From the NCBI GenBank assembly GCA_963422645.2, contig CAXXVO010000004.1, positions 320,001-384,000 on the forward strand: DNA of 64,000 nucleotides, written 5' to 3'. The stretch comes from Alphaproteobacteria bacterium (GTDB lineage Bacteria; Pseudomonadota; Alphaproteobacteria; UBA828). Within the stretch, counting starts at the first letter, position 1, and each line of letters begins with the position of its first letter. Under the pieces are notes generated by a model that did not search any database, was not told the DNA's origin, and saw only the letters and a list, made by a program, of their open reading frames with translations. The position numbers and the translations under genes are program-made. Shown here one piece after another: positions 36,944 through 50,282 of this stretch.

Positions 36944-38242
36944 GTGGCCTCGGGCGTCATCCTCGCCGCGCCGGCGTCGGGCAGCGGCAAGACCGTGCTG
37001 TGCGCGGGGCTGCTGGCGCATTTTCGCGAACGCGGCCTAGCAGCCCGCGCCTTCAAGGCAGGCCCTGACTACATCGACCCCGGCTATCACCGCATGGCCA
37101 CCGGCCACGACTGCGTCAATCTCGATCCCTGGGGGATGCGGCCGGAGACCCTGTCGCGCAGGCTGACTGCGCTCGCCGCAGGTGCCGACCTGGTGATCGG
37201 CGAGGGCGCGATGGGCCTCTTCGACGGCGCCCGCGACGGCACCGGCTCCACCGCCGATCTTGCGGCCTGGCTGGACCTGCCCGTGGTGCTGGTGGTGGAC
37301 GCCCGCGGCCAAGGCGCCTCGGTCGCGGCGCTCGCGGAAGGCTTCGCGGGTCACCGCCCGGACGTGACGGTCGCCGGCATTATCCTCAACCGGGTGGCGG
37401 GCGCGGCGCACGAGGGGCTGCTGCGGGCTGCCCTCGACGCGCGATCCGTGCCGGTTCTCGGAGCGGTACCCCGAGACGAGGCGCTGAGCCTGCCTTCGCG
37501 CCACCTCGGCCTCGTGCAGGCCTGCGAGAGCGGCCGGCCCTGGCTGAACGACGCGGCGTCAGTCGTCGCGCGGTCGGTCGATACCGATGCCCTGGAAGCA
37601 CTCGCCCGCCCGCTTCGGGCTGCGCCGACGCAGACGGGCCCGGCGATCTCGCCCCTCGGGCAGCGAATCGCGGTCGCACGCGATGAGGCGTTCGGCTTCT
37701 GCTACGACGCACTGATGGAGGACTGGCGCGCCGCCGGCGCAGCGGTCATGCCTTTCTCGCCGCTCGCGGACGAGGCGCCCGACGGGTCAGCCGATGCGGT
37801 CTACCTGCCCGGCGGCTACCCCGAGTTGCACGCGGGGCACATCGCCGGGGCACAAGACTTTCTCGGCGGGTTGCGGGAGGCGGCGGAGGGGGGCGCCGCC
37901 GTCTTCGGCGAATGCGGGGGCTACATGGTGCTGGGCCGGGGCCTGACCGACGCCGACGGCCGCCGCCACGCCATGGCCGGGCTCCTGCCGCTGGAGACCA
38001 GCTTTCGCGAGCGCCGCCTTTCGCTCGGCTATCGCCACGCTCGTCTGGCCGCTGCTGGCCCCCTCGGCGCGGCCGGGACCAGCTTTCGCGGCCACGAGTT
38101 CCACTATTGCCGCGTGGTCTCAGAAGAGGCCGGCCGCCCCCTATTCGAGACCCGCGACGCGACAGGCGCATCGCTCGGCCACGCGGGCATGACCCGAGGC
38201 ACGGTTTCAGGCTCCTTCATCCACTTGATCGACCGGTCGTGA
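36944..38242 (+). CDS. cobB: Cobyrinate a,c-diamide synthase
   Basis: APASGSGKT, KAGPDYIDP, EGAMGLFDG, LPSRHLGLVQ, YLPGGYPELH, GECGGYM, RGHEFHY. Confidence 0.96.
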   Translation: MASGVILAAPASGSGKTVLCAGLLAHFRERGLAARAFKAGPDYIDPGYHRMATGHDCVNLDPWGMRPETLSRRLTALAAGADLVIGEGAMGLFDGARDGTGSTADLAAWLDLPVVLVVDARGQGASVAALAEGFAGHRPDVTVAGIILNRVAGAAHEGLLRAALDARSVPVLGAVPRDEALSLPSRHLGLVQACESGRPWLNDAASVVARSVDTDALEALARPLRAAPTQTGPAISPLGQRIAVARDEAFGFCYDALMEDWRAAGAAVMPFSPLADEAPDGSADAVYLPGGYPELHAGHIAGAQDFLGGLREAAEGGAAVFGECGGYMVLGRGLTDADGRRHAMAGLLPLETSFRERRLSLGYRHARLAAAGPLGAAGTSFRGHEFHYCRVVSEEAGRPLFETRDATGASLGHAGMTRGTVSGSFIHLIDRS

Positions 38243-38251
38243 GCGCGTGGA

Positions 38252-38277
38252 GCGAGCCCGTCCAATGACGGGCTCGC
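38252..38277 (+). terminator. Hairpin downstream of cobB (terminator-like)
   Basis: Perfect 11-bp stem GCGAGCCCGTC-CAAT-GACGGGCTCGC; no U-tract. Confidence 0.45.
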
Positions 38278-38392
38278 GATAGGCCGCGACTGCGGCCCGC
38301 CGCTTATGCGGCGCACATCGCGTGCCCCTGCGCGCGTGGACGCGCGACGCGGAGGCGCGGGCCGCAGGCCGGCTTCCGTGAGCGAAAAAAGC

Positions 38393-40307
38393 GTAACTGC
38401 CCAGGTTCTTGCTGTGAAAATTCTCTGGGATTCGGCACAACGCTACCCACGCGACGCCCGTGTGCTCCTCTGGGGTCGCCGGGTTTCACAGCTCACGATG
38501 CCCCTCTTGCGGACTGCGACCGGTAAGCTACCCCGATGTGGCCCGAAGTCCGCCCGCGCGACGGGCACCGATTTTCATTCTATGGGGTGGTCCAGCACGG
38601 CGTCGACCATGATCGTTTATGAGAATGGCTCCGCTGTTGGAGAACCCGTGCCAGGTGAGCTTACGCGCACTTGACGGTGGCGATGAGCCGATCCGATGGG
38701 CTGGTCAGGGCTTCGATGATATTCCAGCCCTGCTTTCTGGCGGTGGTGATGACGCTGCGCAGGATGGCGAAGTTCTCGGCCCCCTGCGCGGACCGGAAGC
38801 CCCCGGAGATCTTCTGGCGCAGCTTCATCATCCGAAGGTCGCGCTCGGCCTCGTTGTTCGTGAACCCGACCTCGAGGTCGATCAGGAACCGGAGCACCGC
38901 GCATTTGTGGTCGCGCAGCCTCAAGGCCAGATTGTGACCGATCCTTCGCTTCCGGCGCTTCTTCCTCTTGCCAGGCGAGAACGGTGGTTGGCTCTCGTGA
39001 AAGGCCAGCGCATCGGCGATGATCTCGTCGTATCGGCGCTCGATCAGCGCCACAAGCCTCGCCGGAACGGCGATATCCTTGTCCAGCGCGATGCGGGCGG
39101 CGCGATTGGCTCGGCGCAGGAGCTGCTGCATCCGCCGGGCCCAAGCCTCCCCTTCGATGTCCACCAGCGCCTGCAACTCCCGCAGGTGATGGGCGTTGCA
39201 CAGGCCGTGCTCCACCCCTTCCATCGCGAAGTACGGCTTCCAGTGATCGTGCACGACGATGCCGGAGACACCCGAGAGCAGGGCGCCGCGCTTGCCGCTG
39301 ACCCGGTACGCCGCCAGCAGCGGCGTGCAGATCACATGAAGCCACTGCGTCTGACCGCCGATCCGCAAGCCGGTCTCGTCCATGTGTTTCACCCGCGCCG
39401 TGCCCGCCGCCAGGTCCTGTATGTGCAAGGCCGCGTCCCGCAGCCGCTCGGCCGCCCTCTCGCTCATCGTCGCCAACGTCGCAGCCGTCACCGGCGCGCC
39501 GAAGAGCTCGGCCATCACCTGCGACAGCCGATCCTCCGGCAGGAAGTGAGCGTGCTGAAGGTAGACCGCCACCCCGGCAATGCGCGGGCCGTACTGCACC
39601 GGCGCCGACACCCCGTCGGGGAACGCCGCCCGGGTCACCGTCCCGCAATGCCCGCAGCACTTGGCATGCGCCCGGTGCTCGGTCACCTCCAGGGGGCTCG
39701 GCTCGGGCAGATCGAACACCTGGCGGGCGACGGGCGTTCCCGCCCTGGCCGCGTCCGAAAGCGGCGAACCGCATCCCTTGCAGGAAGCCGGGACGTGATC
39801 CTTCACCCGATCCGGGTGATCGGCGCGGCGCAGCGTCTTGCCCTTGTGGCCGGGCTGGCCACCGGGCTTGCGGCCCGATTTGCCGCGCAGGCTTCGGGTT
39901 CGCCGCTTCGAATTCGGCTTCCTCAGCCCATCGCTCGAAGGCGGCTTGCCGCTGTTGCCGCTGTTGAGGCCGAGACGGCGCTCCAACTCCTCGATGCGCT
40001 CGACGAGACGCGCGACTTGCTCTTCCAGCCGCGCGTTCTGCTGCCGAAGCCAGGCATTTTCCTCCCGAAGCCGGGCGTTCTCCTCCTCCAGGCGGGCGAT
40101 CTTCTGCGCGGGCGTTTCGGGCGCTGCTCCCGTCGAAGGGCCGCGCGGCGACTCGGGATTGCTCATGTCGTTGTTGAGTCATTTCCCGAAATTCCCGTCA
40201 AGCCCTTTCCACCAACTCCGAACGAGAAACGCCTCAATCCACTGGCCCAAAATGACAAATCAGACGACCTGGGCAGTTACGACAAATCAGACGACCTGGG
40301 CAGTTAC
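38393..40307 (-). mobile_element. IS66-family element copy 3 (intact 38393-40280, plus a duplicated 27-bp left end)
   Basis: TIR GTAACTGCCCAGGT; 8-bp TSD AAAAAAGC at 38385-38392 and 40308-40315. Confidence 0.97.
38661..40166 (-). CDS. IS66 family transposase
   Basis: Identical to the 7331-8836 protein except one residue (GTV vs GTM). Confidence 0.97.
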   Translation of the reverse strand: MSNPESPRGPSTGAAPETPAQKIARLEEENARLREENAWLRQQNARLEEQVARLVERIEELERRLGLNSGNSGKPPSSDGLRKPNSKRRTRSLRGKSGRKPGGQPGHKGKTLRRADHPDRVKDHVPASCKGCGSPLSDAARAGTPVARQVFDLPEPSPLEVTEHRAHAKCCGHCGTVTRAAFPDGVSAPVQYGPRIAGVAVYLQHAHFLPEDRLSQVMAELFGAPVTAATLATMSERAAERLRDAALHIQDLAAGTARVKHMDETGLRIGGQTQWLHVICTPLLAAYRVSGKRGALLSGVSGIVVHDHWKPYFAMEGVEHGLCNAHHLRELQALVDIEGEAWARRMQQLLRRANRAARIALDKDIAVPARLVALIERRYDEIIADALAFHESQPPFSPGKRKKRRKRRIGHNLALRLRDHKCAVLRFLIDLEVGFTNNEAERDLRMMKLRQKISGGFRSAQGAENFAILRSVITTARKQGWNIIEALTSPSDRLIATVKCA

Positions 40308-40314
40308 AAAAAAG

Positions 40315-42327
40315 CTACTGCAGAGCATCTGCCATGAAGCGGCGCCAAATCTCGGCCGGATAGCTGCCGCCGGTCACCTGGTCCATCGGGCTGCCGTCGT
40401 CGTTGCCGAGCCAGACTCCCGTAACCAGTCCCCCGGCCCAGCCCACGAACCACGCATCGCGGAACTTCTGGCTGGTGCCGGTCTTGCCATAGGCCGGGCC
40501 CAAGCCTTGCGGCAGCCGCGCCGCGCGCCCGGTGCCGGTGGCCACGGCGGCGCCGAGCAGGTCCCGCATTGCGGACACCGCAGCGTTATCCGCCGCGCGG
40601 CCGGCGCCGGAGCCTGTCCGGCTGTAGAGCGCGTCGCCCGCTCGGTTGCGGATCTCCGCGATGCCGTGGGGCAGCACCCGCGCCCCACCGTTGGCGAGCG
40701 CCGCATAGGCCGAGGTCAGCTCCAGCAGCGTGACCTCGCCGGTGCCGAGCGCGATGCTCGCATCGGCGGGCAGCGTGCTCTCGATCCCGAGTCTGCGCGC
40801 AGTCTCGTGGATTCGCTTCACGCCTGCGCGCAAGCCCACGCGCACGGCTACCGTGTTGATCGAGCGCGCAAAACCCTCCCGTACCGTCACCGGACCCCGG
40901 TATTCGTCGTCGTAGTTGCGGGGCGACCAGCCGGCAACGGTGATGGGTGCGTCCTCGATCCTGTCGTCCGGTGCAAGCCCCGCCTCGACGGCGGCGAGAT
41001 AGACCACGGTCTTGAAGGCCGAGCCCGGCTGCCGCCTGGCCTGTGTCGCCCGGTTGAACACGCTATTGCCATGATCGCGGCCGCCCACCATGGCACGCAC
41101 GGCACCGCTCTCATCCAGCGCGGCGAGGGCGCCCTGCCCGATCTTCCGGCTCATCCCGGCGTCGGCCAGCGTTTCGGCAAGCGCCGCCTGCGCCGCCCGC
41201 TGGCGCTTAGGCTCGAGGGTCGTGAACACCCGGAGCGCTCCGTGGTCGCGCCCGACATAGCCCGGCACCTGCTCGCGCACCCAATCGACGAAGTAGCCCG
41301 CCGCAGGGCCGCTTCGCGGGGCCACGGTGAGGGTCCGCGCGTGCTCGCTTGCGGCCACCCCTTCGCCTTCGCTGAGAAAGCCGGCATCGACCATGGCATC
41401 GACGACGACGCCCGCGCGCTTGCGCGCCAGCGCGAGGTCGTTGGCCGGGCTGTAGCGGGACGGCGCCTTCAGGAGGCCCGCGATCATCGCAGCCTGCGCC
41501 ACGTCGACATCGCGCGCCGAGCGGCCGAAATAGCGCCGCGCGGCCGCATCGACGCCGTAGGCGCCGGCGCCGAAGTAGGCGCGGTTGAGGTAGATCGTGA
41601 GGATTTCCTCCTTGCTGAACTCTCGCTCCAGCCAGAAGGCCAGCATCGCCTCCTGGATCTTGCGTCTGAGGGTACGCTCGGGCGTGAGGAACACCAGTTT
41701 CGCCACTTGTTGGGAGATCGTGCTGCCGCCCGCCACCACGCGGCCCTCGACCGCGTTCTGCCAGGCCGCGCGGATCACGCCGAAGGCGTCGATACCGCCG
41801 TGGGTGTAGAAGCGCCGGTCCTCGATCGCGAGAACCGCCTCGGGCAATACCGGCGCCATCTCCTGGACAGGCACGAGCTCGCCCCACATCTCGCCCACGG
41901 TGGCGACCTCGGAGCCGTCCGCCGCCAGCACGGTGATGGAAAGGGGCGTCTCGGGCCCGGTGAGGTGCTCGGTATCGGGCAGGTCGTGGGCGTAGTAGCC
42001 GACGAAGCCGGCGCCAAGCACCACGAGCCAAAGGACGAAGACGGCGCTCCACTTGGCGATGCGCCAGCCAAGCCACCGCCGGGCGGGCGACTTCGTACCA
42101 GCGCGCGGCTTGGCACCACCCGTCTTGCGCGCGGTGCCGCCCGATTTCGCTTTCCTGGGCGCTGCCCTGGGTGTTTTTGGCGCGGCCTTGGGTTTCTTGG
42201 GCGCTGCCTTAGACTTCTTGGGGGCTGCCTTGGCCTTGGCGCCGCTGGGCTTCTCGCGCGCCCGGGCCGGCTTCTTGGCCGGCGTGCGGGGCCGCTTCGG
42301 CGGCGGCGAGCGGCGGCGTGATGCCAT
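40315..42327 (-). CDS. Class A penicillin-binding protein (PBP1A family)
   Basis: TM anchor; EDRRFY.H.GID, GGSTISQQ, RKIQE; RQPGSAFK, SIN, GKTGT. Confidence 0.95.
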   Translation of the reverse strand: MASRRRSPPPKRPRTPAKKPARAREKPSGAKAKAAPKKSKAAPKKPKAAPKTPRAAPRKAKSGGTARKTGGAKPRAGTKSPARRWLGWRIAKWSAVFVLWLVVLGAGFVGYYAHDLPDTEHLTGPETPLSITVLAADGSEVATVGEMWGELVPVQEMAPVLPEAVLAIEDRRFYTHGGIDAFGVIRAAWQNAVEGRVVAGGSTISQQVAKLVFLTPERTLRRKIQEAMLAFWLEREFSKEEILTIYLNRAYFGAGAYGVDAAARRYFGRSARDVDVAQAAMIAGLLKAPSRYSPANDLALARKRAGVVVDAMVDAGFLSEGEGVAASEHARTLTVAPRSGPAAGYFVDWVREQVPGYVGRDHGALRVFTTLEPKRQRAAQAALAETLADAGMSRKIGQGALAALDESGAVRAMVGGRDHGNSVFNRATQARRQPGSAFKTVVYLAAVEAGLAPDDRIEDAPITVAGWSPRNYDDEYRGPVTVREGFARSINTVAVRVGLRAGVKRIHETARRLGIESTLPADASIALGTGEVTLLELTSAYAALANGGARVLPHGIAEIRNRAGDALYSRTGSGAGRAADNAAVSAMRDLLGAAVATGTGRAARLPQGLGPAYGKTGTSQKFRDAWFVGWAGGLVTGVWLGNDDGSPMDQVTGGSYPAEIWRRFMADALQ

Positions 42328-42348
42328 CAGCCGGCGAGGAGCGGGAAA

Positions 42349-45995
<3,647 letters not shown>

Positions 45996-47123
45996 TTAGA
46001 CGCGGAGCGGCATGATGACATGGAGCGCGCCGGAATCGCCGGTGTCCCGCACCAGCGAGGGCGAGCCGGCGTCGCCGAAGAAGAAGCGGATCGAGTCGCT
46101 CTCGATCTGCCCAGAGACATCGAGCACGTAGCGCGCGTTGAGGCCGATTTCGAGGGGTTCGGCGCCATACTCGGCATCGAGTTCCTCGGTCGCGGTCCCC
46201 GTATCGGGGCTGTTGGCCGTGAGCGTCACCGCGCCAGAGCGGATGGAGAGCTTGATCGCGTGCGAGCGGTCGGTGGAGATCGAGGAGACCCGGTCCACGG
46301 CCTCCGCGAAGCTGCCCTTCGCCACCGTCATCACGTTCTGGTTGCCGCGCGGAATCACCCGTTCGTAGTCCGGGAACGAGCCGTCGATCAGCTTCGAGGT
46401 GAGCTGGGCGGCGCCGACCTCGAAGCGGATCCTGGTCTCGGACAGCGCGACGGAGACCGGCTCGTCGCCGTCGTCGACCAGCTTGCGCACTTCGGCGACG
46501 GTCTTGCGCGGGACGATCACGGCCGGCACGTCCGCCGCTCCCTCGGGCAGCGGCGCGTCGGCGCAGGAGAGCCGGTGGCCGTCGGTGGCGACGGCGCGCA
46601 AGCGCGCGATGCCCTCCTGATCCTCCGCCTTATGCAGGTGGATACCGTTGAGATAGTAGCGGGTTTCCTCGGTCGAGATGGCGAAACGGGTCTTGTCGAT
46701 CAGCCGCCGGAGATGATCCCTCGGCAGCTCGAAAGAATGGGGCAGATCGTCGTCGGCCATCACCGGGAACTCGGCGATCGGCAGGCAGGAGAGACGGAAG
46801 CGCGAGCGCCCCGAAACCAAGTCGAGTTGCCCGCCGTCGCTCCCGTCCAACTTCATCGAGACCTGTGCGCCGTCCGGCAGCTTGCGCACGATGTCGTAGA
46901 GGGTGAGCGCGGTCGTGGTCACCGCGCCTTCCTGCTCGACCGCGGCATCGGCCTCGTCGACGACCGCGAGGTCCATGTCCGTCGCGGTAAGCCGCAGGCG
47001 GTCACTCCCCTGCGCATCGATGCGAACATTAGCGAGGATGGGGATCGTATTGCGCCGTTCGACGACACTTTGCACGTGCGCCAAGGAGCTCAGAAGCGTG
47101 GAGCGTTCGATCGTAAGTTTCAT
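45996..47123 (-). CDS. dnaN: DNA polymerase III beta clamp
   Basis: VVERRNTIPILANV, STEETRYYLNG, ATDGHRL, KLIDGSFPDY, VIMPLRV. Confidence 0.98.
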   Translation of the reverse strand: MKLTIERSTLLSSLAHVQSVVERRNTIPILANVRIDAQGSDRLRLTATDMDLAVVDEADAAVEQEGAVTTTALTLYDIVRKLPDGAQVSMKLDGSDGGQLDLVSGRSRFRLSCLPIAEFPVMADDDLPHSFELPRDHLRRLIDKTRFAISTEETRYYLNGIHLHKAEDQEGIARLRAVATDGHRLSCADAPLPEGAADVPAVIVPRKTVAEVRKLVDDGDEPVSVALSETRIRFEVGAAQLTSKLIDGSFPDYERVIPRGNQNVMTVAKGSFAEAVDRVSSISTDRSHAIKLSIRSGAVTLTANSPDTGTATEELDAEYGAEPLEIGLNARYVLDVSGQIESDSIRFFFGDAGSPSLVRDTGDSGALHVIMPLRV

Positions 47124-47252
47124 GCTCGCAATGGCCCCTGAATCGCCGTCGAATCAGCGCGTATTATAGCGGAGAAGTGGCGGATACCGCAGCACTATCG
47201 GCGCACCACACGTCCCGCGACGCGGCGACCAGCCGCTCGCGCGCATCAGCTG

Positions 47253-48656
47253 TCAGTCGCTCGGGTCTTCGAGGCTACGCCGGAGCCGCTCCACGTCTTC
47301 GTCGAGGGCAGGGTCCTTGGGCCTGAGCTCCTCGATACGGCGGATCGCGTACATCACCGTGGTGTGGTCGCGCTTGCCGAACTTGCGGCCGATCTCTGGC
47401 AGCGAGCGCGACGTGAGCTGCTTGGCGAGGTACATCGCCACGTGGCGCGGCCGGACCACAACCTGCGCGCGCCGGCTGGAGGACAATTCTGCCGCCTTGA
47501 TGTTGTAGTGCGCGGCGACTCGGTGCTGGATCTCCTCGATGGTAATGCGGCGCTCCTTCGCGACGAGCACGTCACGCAGCACCGACTGGGTCATCTGCAG
47601 CGTAATTGCGCCGCCGAGCAGCGCAGCGTGGGCGGCAATACGATGGAGCGCCATCTCCAGCTCGCGCCCGTTGGAGGTGATCTGCCGCGCCAGGAACGCC
47701 ATCACCTCGGTCGGCGCATCGGCGATCCCTAGCGGCCCCGCCTTCTCGCGCAGGATTCCGAGCCGGAGCTCGTAATTGGCAGGCAGGATGTCGACGGCAA
47801 GCCCGCCGGCAAGGCGGGATCTCAGCCGCTCTTCCATGCCCTCGAGGCGGGAGGGCGCGCGATCGGCGGAGACCACCACCTGGCAGCGATGGTCGAGCAA
47901 TGCGTTGAGCGTGTGGAGAAACTCCTCCTGGGTGCTTTCCTTGTCGCAGATGAACTGGATGTCGTCGATCAACAGCACGTCGGCGGAGCGCAGCCGCTCC
48001 TTGAACGCCACCGTGTCCTTTCGCCGGATCGCCTGGACGAACCGGTACATGAACCGTTCGGCAGAGAGGTAGAGGACGCGCCGCCCCGGCTCGCGGCCGC
48101 GGATGCACCACGCGATTGCGTGCAGGAGGTGGGTCTTGCCGAGGCCGACGCCGCCGTAGAGGTAGAGCGGGTTGAAGGGGAGATGATCGACACCCGCCAC
48201 CTGCTGCGCCGCGGCGTGGGCAAGCTCGTTGGTCTCGCCCACCACGAATTCGCGGAAGGTGAAGCGACCGTTGAGCGGCGAGCCGAGATCGGCCAGCGCC
48301 CCGTCCTTCCCCCGCCCGCGGGCGCCGCCGCGCGGGAGCGCGGGCGCCGGCGTGCTCGGCTCGGCCTCGCTGGCTGGCGGCTGCCCCGTGTGGATCGCGA
48401 TATGGGCGCTCTGGATGCCGGGCCGCTCCTCGGCCCAAAGGGCCGCGATGCGGTGCGCATAGTGCGACGCGACCCAGTCGCGCAGGAAGCGGGTGCCGAC
48501 GCCGAGGGTCACCTGATCGCCGTCTACTTCGACCAGGGTGAGCGGCGCCAGCCAGCTCGCGAAGGTGGCCTCGCCCAATTCGGCCCGAAGACGCGCCCGG
48601 ATTTGCTGCCAGGTGTCCTGCGCGTCTCGTGCCCGCGGCGGAGAGCTGTCCGTCAC
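47253..48656 (-). CDS. dnaA: Chromosomal replication initiator DnaA
   Basis: FNPLYLYGGVGLGKTHL, LLIDDIQF, TQEEF.H, SLPEIGRKFG.RDHTTV; GTG start approximate. Confidence 0.96.
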   Translation of the reverse strand: MTDSSPPRARDAQDTWQQIRARLRAELGEATFASWLAPLTLVEVDGDQVTLGVGTRFLRDWVASHYAHRIAALWAEERPGIQSAHIAIHTGQPPASEAEPSTPAPALPRGGARGRGKDGALADLGSPLNGRFTFREFVVGETNELAHAAAQQVAGVDHLPFNPLYLYGGVGLGKTHLLHAIAWCIRGREPGRRVLYLSAERFMYRFVQAIRRKDTVAFKERLRSADVLLIDDIQFICDKESTQEEFLHTLNALLDHRCQVVVSADRAPSRLEGMEERLRSRLAGGLAVDILPANYELRLGILREKAGPLGIADAPTEVMAFLARQITSNGRELEMALHRIAAHAALLGGAITLQMTQSVLRDVLVAKERRITIEEIQHRVAAHYNIKAAELSSSRRAQVVVRPRHVAMYLAKQLTSRSLPEIGRKFGKRDHTTVMYAIRRIEELRPKDPALDEDVERLRRSLEDPSD

Positions 48657-49239
48657 GGCTGACTCGCCTTCTGCACTCGGCGTGAGCCGATGCAACACGG
48701 CTGTTCACGGCGGCGAGCAATCTCAATGCAAGTATTGCAAAGGTGCATGCCGCTCTGTGATGAGCCGTTTGTTCTCGTAAGTTTCTCTCTTGATCCCATG
48801 TTTGTTCTGATATCGTGTCGCGTTTATCCGGGGCGGCGGTGGGGCTCCCTTCCCCGACAAGCTACGCTCGTCTCGCCGTCGTTACAGCCAGTGATTTTGG
48901 TTCTCATACCGCCGGCGCCTCCTCCAGACGATATGTGGCAACTAGGATAAGTCTCGAAAAAGCGGCTGGCAACGGGTCCGAAAGCGGAACCAGGGAAAAA
49001 TCCGACCTTCACACTTCTGCCGCAATCTTGGTTATGGGAGTGAGGGCAGAGCGCCAATCGGTTGGCGGCATAACCGGAATTCGAAGGGCATGTTCCGCGG
49101 CGCCCGTGTGGTCGGGTCGATGGACAGCCCTTCGGCCTAGCCATGAGCAAGAGTTAGAGACATGTCGTCTCGGCATTGGTCTTGTATCCGGTTCCGATGA
49201 CACCGACCTGGAGTTGGGGTTTTTGTTGTGCGCGGGGCA

Positions 49240-50052
49240 TCAGTAGATGCTCCCGGACTTGGGCTCGGTCTGGAGGTCTTGGCCTGTGAGGCTGCGCCAT
49301 GCGGCGACCGAGGCGCCTGCGGCGGCGGCGAGCAGGCGCGAGTCCGCTGCGACCGTGGTCCAGGCGTAGCCCCACTCGATGGCGCGGAGCGCATACTCCG
49401 GCGTGCCGCAATGGATGCCGGCCTTGATGCCCTTTTCCCGGCAGACGTCGGCGATGCGGCGGATGATGGCGATCATCTCCTCCTCCTCCCGGTCGAGCGC
49501 AGGCGGGAGCCGCCCCTCCTGGGTGCCAAGGGTGAGGTCGGCGGGGCCGACATAGACGCCGTCGAGGCCAGGCGTGGCACAGATCGCCTCGAGGTTGCGC
49601 ACACCGTCGGCGGTCTCGATCATCGCCATCGCCAGCACCTCGGCATTGGCGTCCACGCCGTAGCCCGGCATGGCGACGGCCGCGCGTGTCGGGCCGAAGC
49701 TGCGCTGGCCGAGCGGCGGGTAGCGCATGTAGGAGACCAACGCTTCCGCGTCGTCCCGGGTGTTGACCATGGGGCAGATGATACCCATGGCGCCGGCATC
49801 CAGCGCCTTCATGATCACCCCGGGCTCGAGCCAGGGGACGCGCGCCATGGGCACCACGTCAGAGGCGCGCACCGCCTGCAGCATGGGCAGGAGCGCGGCG
49901 TAGTCCAGCGCGCCGTGCTGGACGTCGACCGTGATCGCATCGTAGCCCTGCGATGCCATGATCTCGGCGGTGAAGGAATTGCCGATGGAGCACCAGCCGT
50001 TGAGCACCGGCGAGCCTGAGGCCCAGATCTCTTTCAGCGCGTTGTGTTGCAT
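49240..50052 (-). CDS. HpcH/HpaI aldolase family protein
   Basis: VDVQHG, LDAGAMGIICPMVN, RYPP.G.RSFG, MIET, GPADL. Confidence 0.93.
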   Translation of the reverse strand: MQHNALKEIWASGSPVLNGWCSIGNSFTAEIMASQGYDAITVDVQHGALDYAALLPMLQAVRASDVVPMARVPWLEPGVIMKALDAGAMGIICPMVNTRDDAEALVSYMRYPPLGQRSFGPTRAAVAMPGYGVDANAEVLAMAMIETADGVRNLEAICATPGLDGVYVGPADLTLGTQEGRLPPALDREEEEMIAIIRRIADVCREKGIKAGIHCGTPEYALRAIEWGYAWTTVAADSRLLAAAAGASVAAWRSLTGQDLQTEPKSGSIY

Positions 50053-50282
50053 GTCGTCTCCCTCGGCGTAGGGGCCGGACCGACGCGGCATCGGCGGGCC
50101 CGCCCCTCTCCTCGCTGCGCCCGCTTTCCTACCATCGCGCGCGCCGGAAGGCGATCTGCCCCTTCGCGTCTCCTGCGCACCTCACCGGCGCTCTGCCGAC
50201 AGCAGTCATTGCAACCGGCGCGCTCTGTCAATATGAGATCGTCAGTCATCGGGGATCACGCTTGCGCGGGGAGGGGACGACG

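Noticed and set aside
7217-40307. An already-transposed composite transposon carrying the cob cluster
   Set aside because: Each IS66 copy has its own different TSD and the outer flanks do not match.
47340-47375. DnaA domain IV DHTTVMYA instead of DHTTVLHA as altered specificity
   Set aside because: A tyrosine at this position also occurs in ordinary DnaA proteins, for example in actinobacteria.
48765-48812. Alphaproteobacterial LexA box (GTTC-N7-GTTC) upstream of dnaA
   Set aside because: The best match is GTTC-N7-TTTC, too weak to call.
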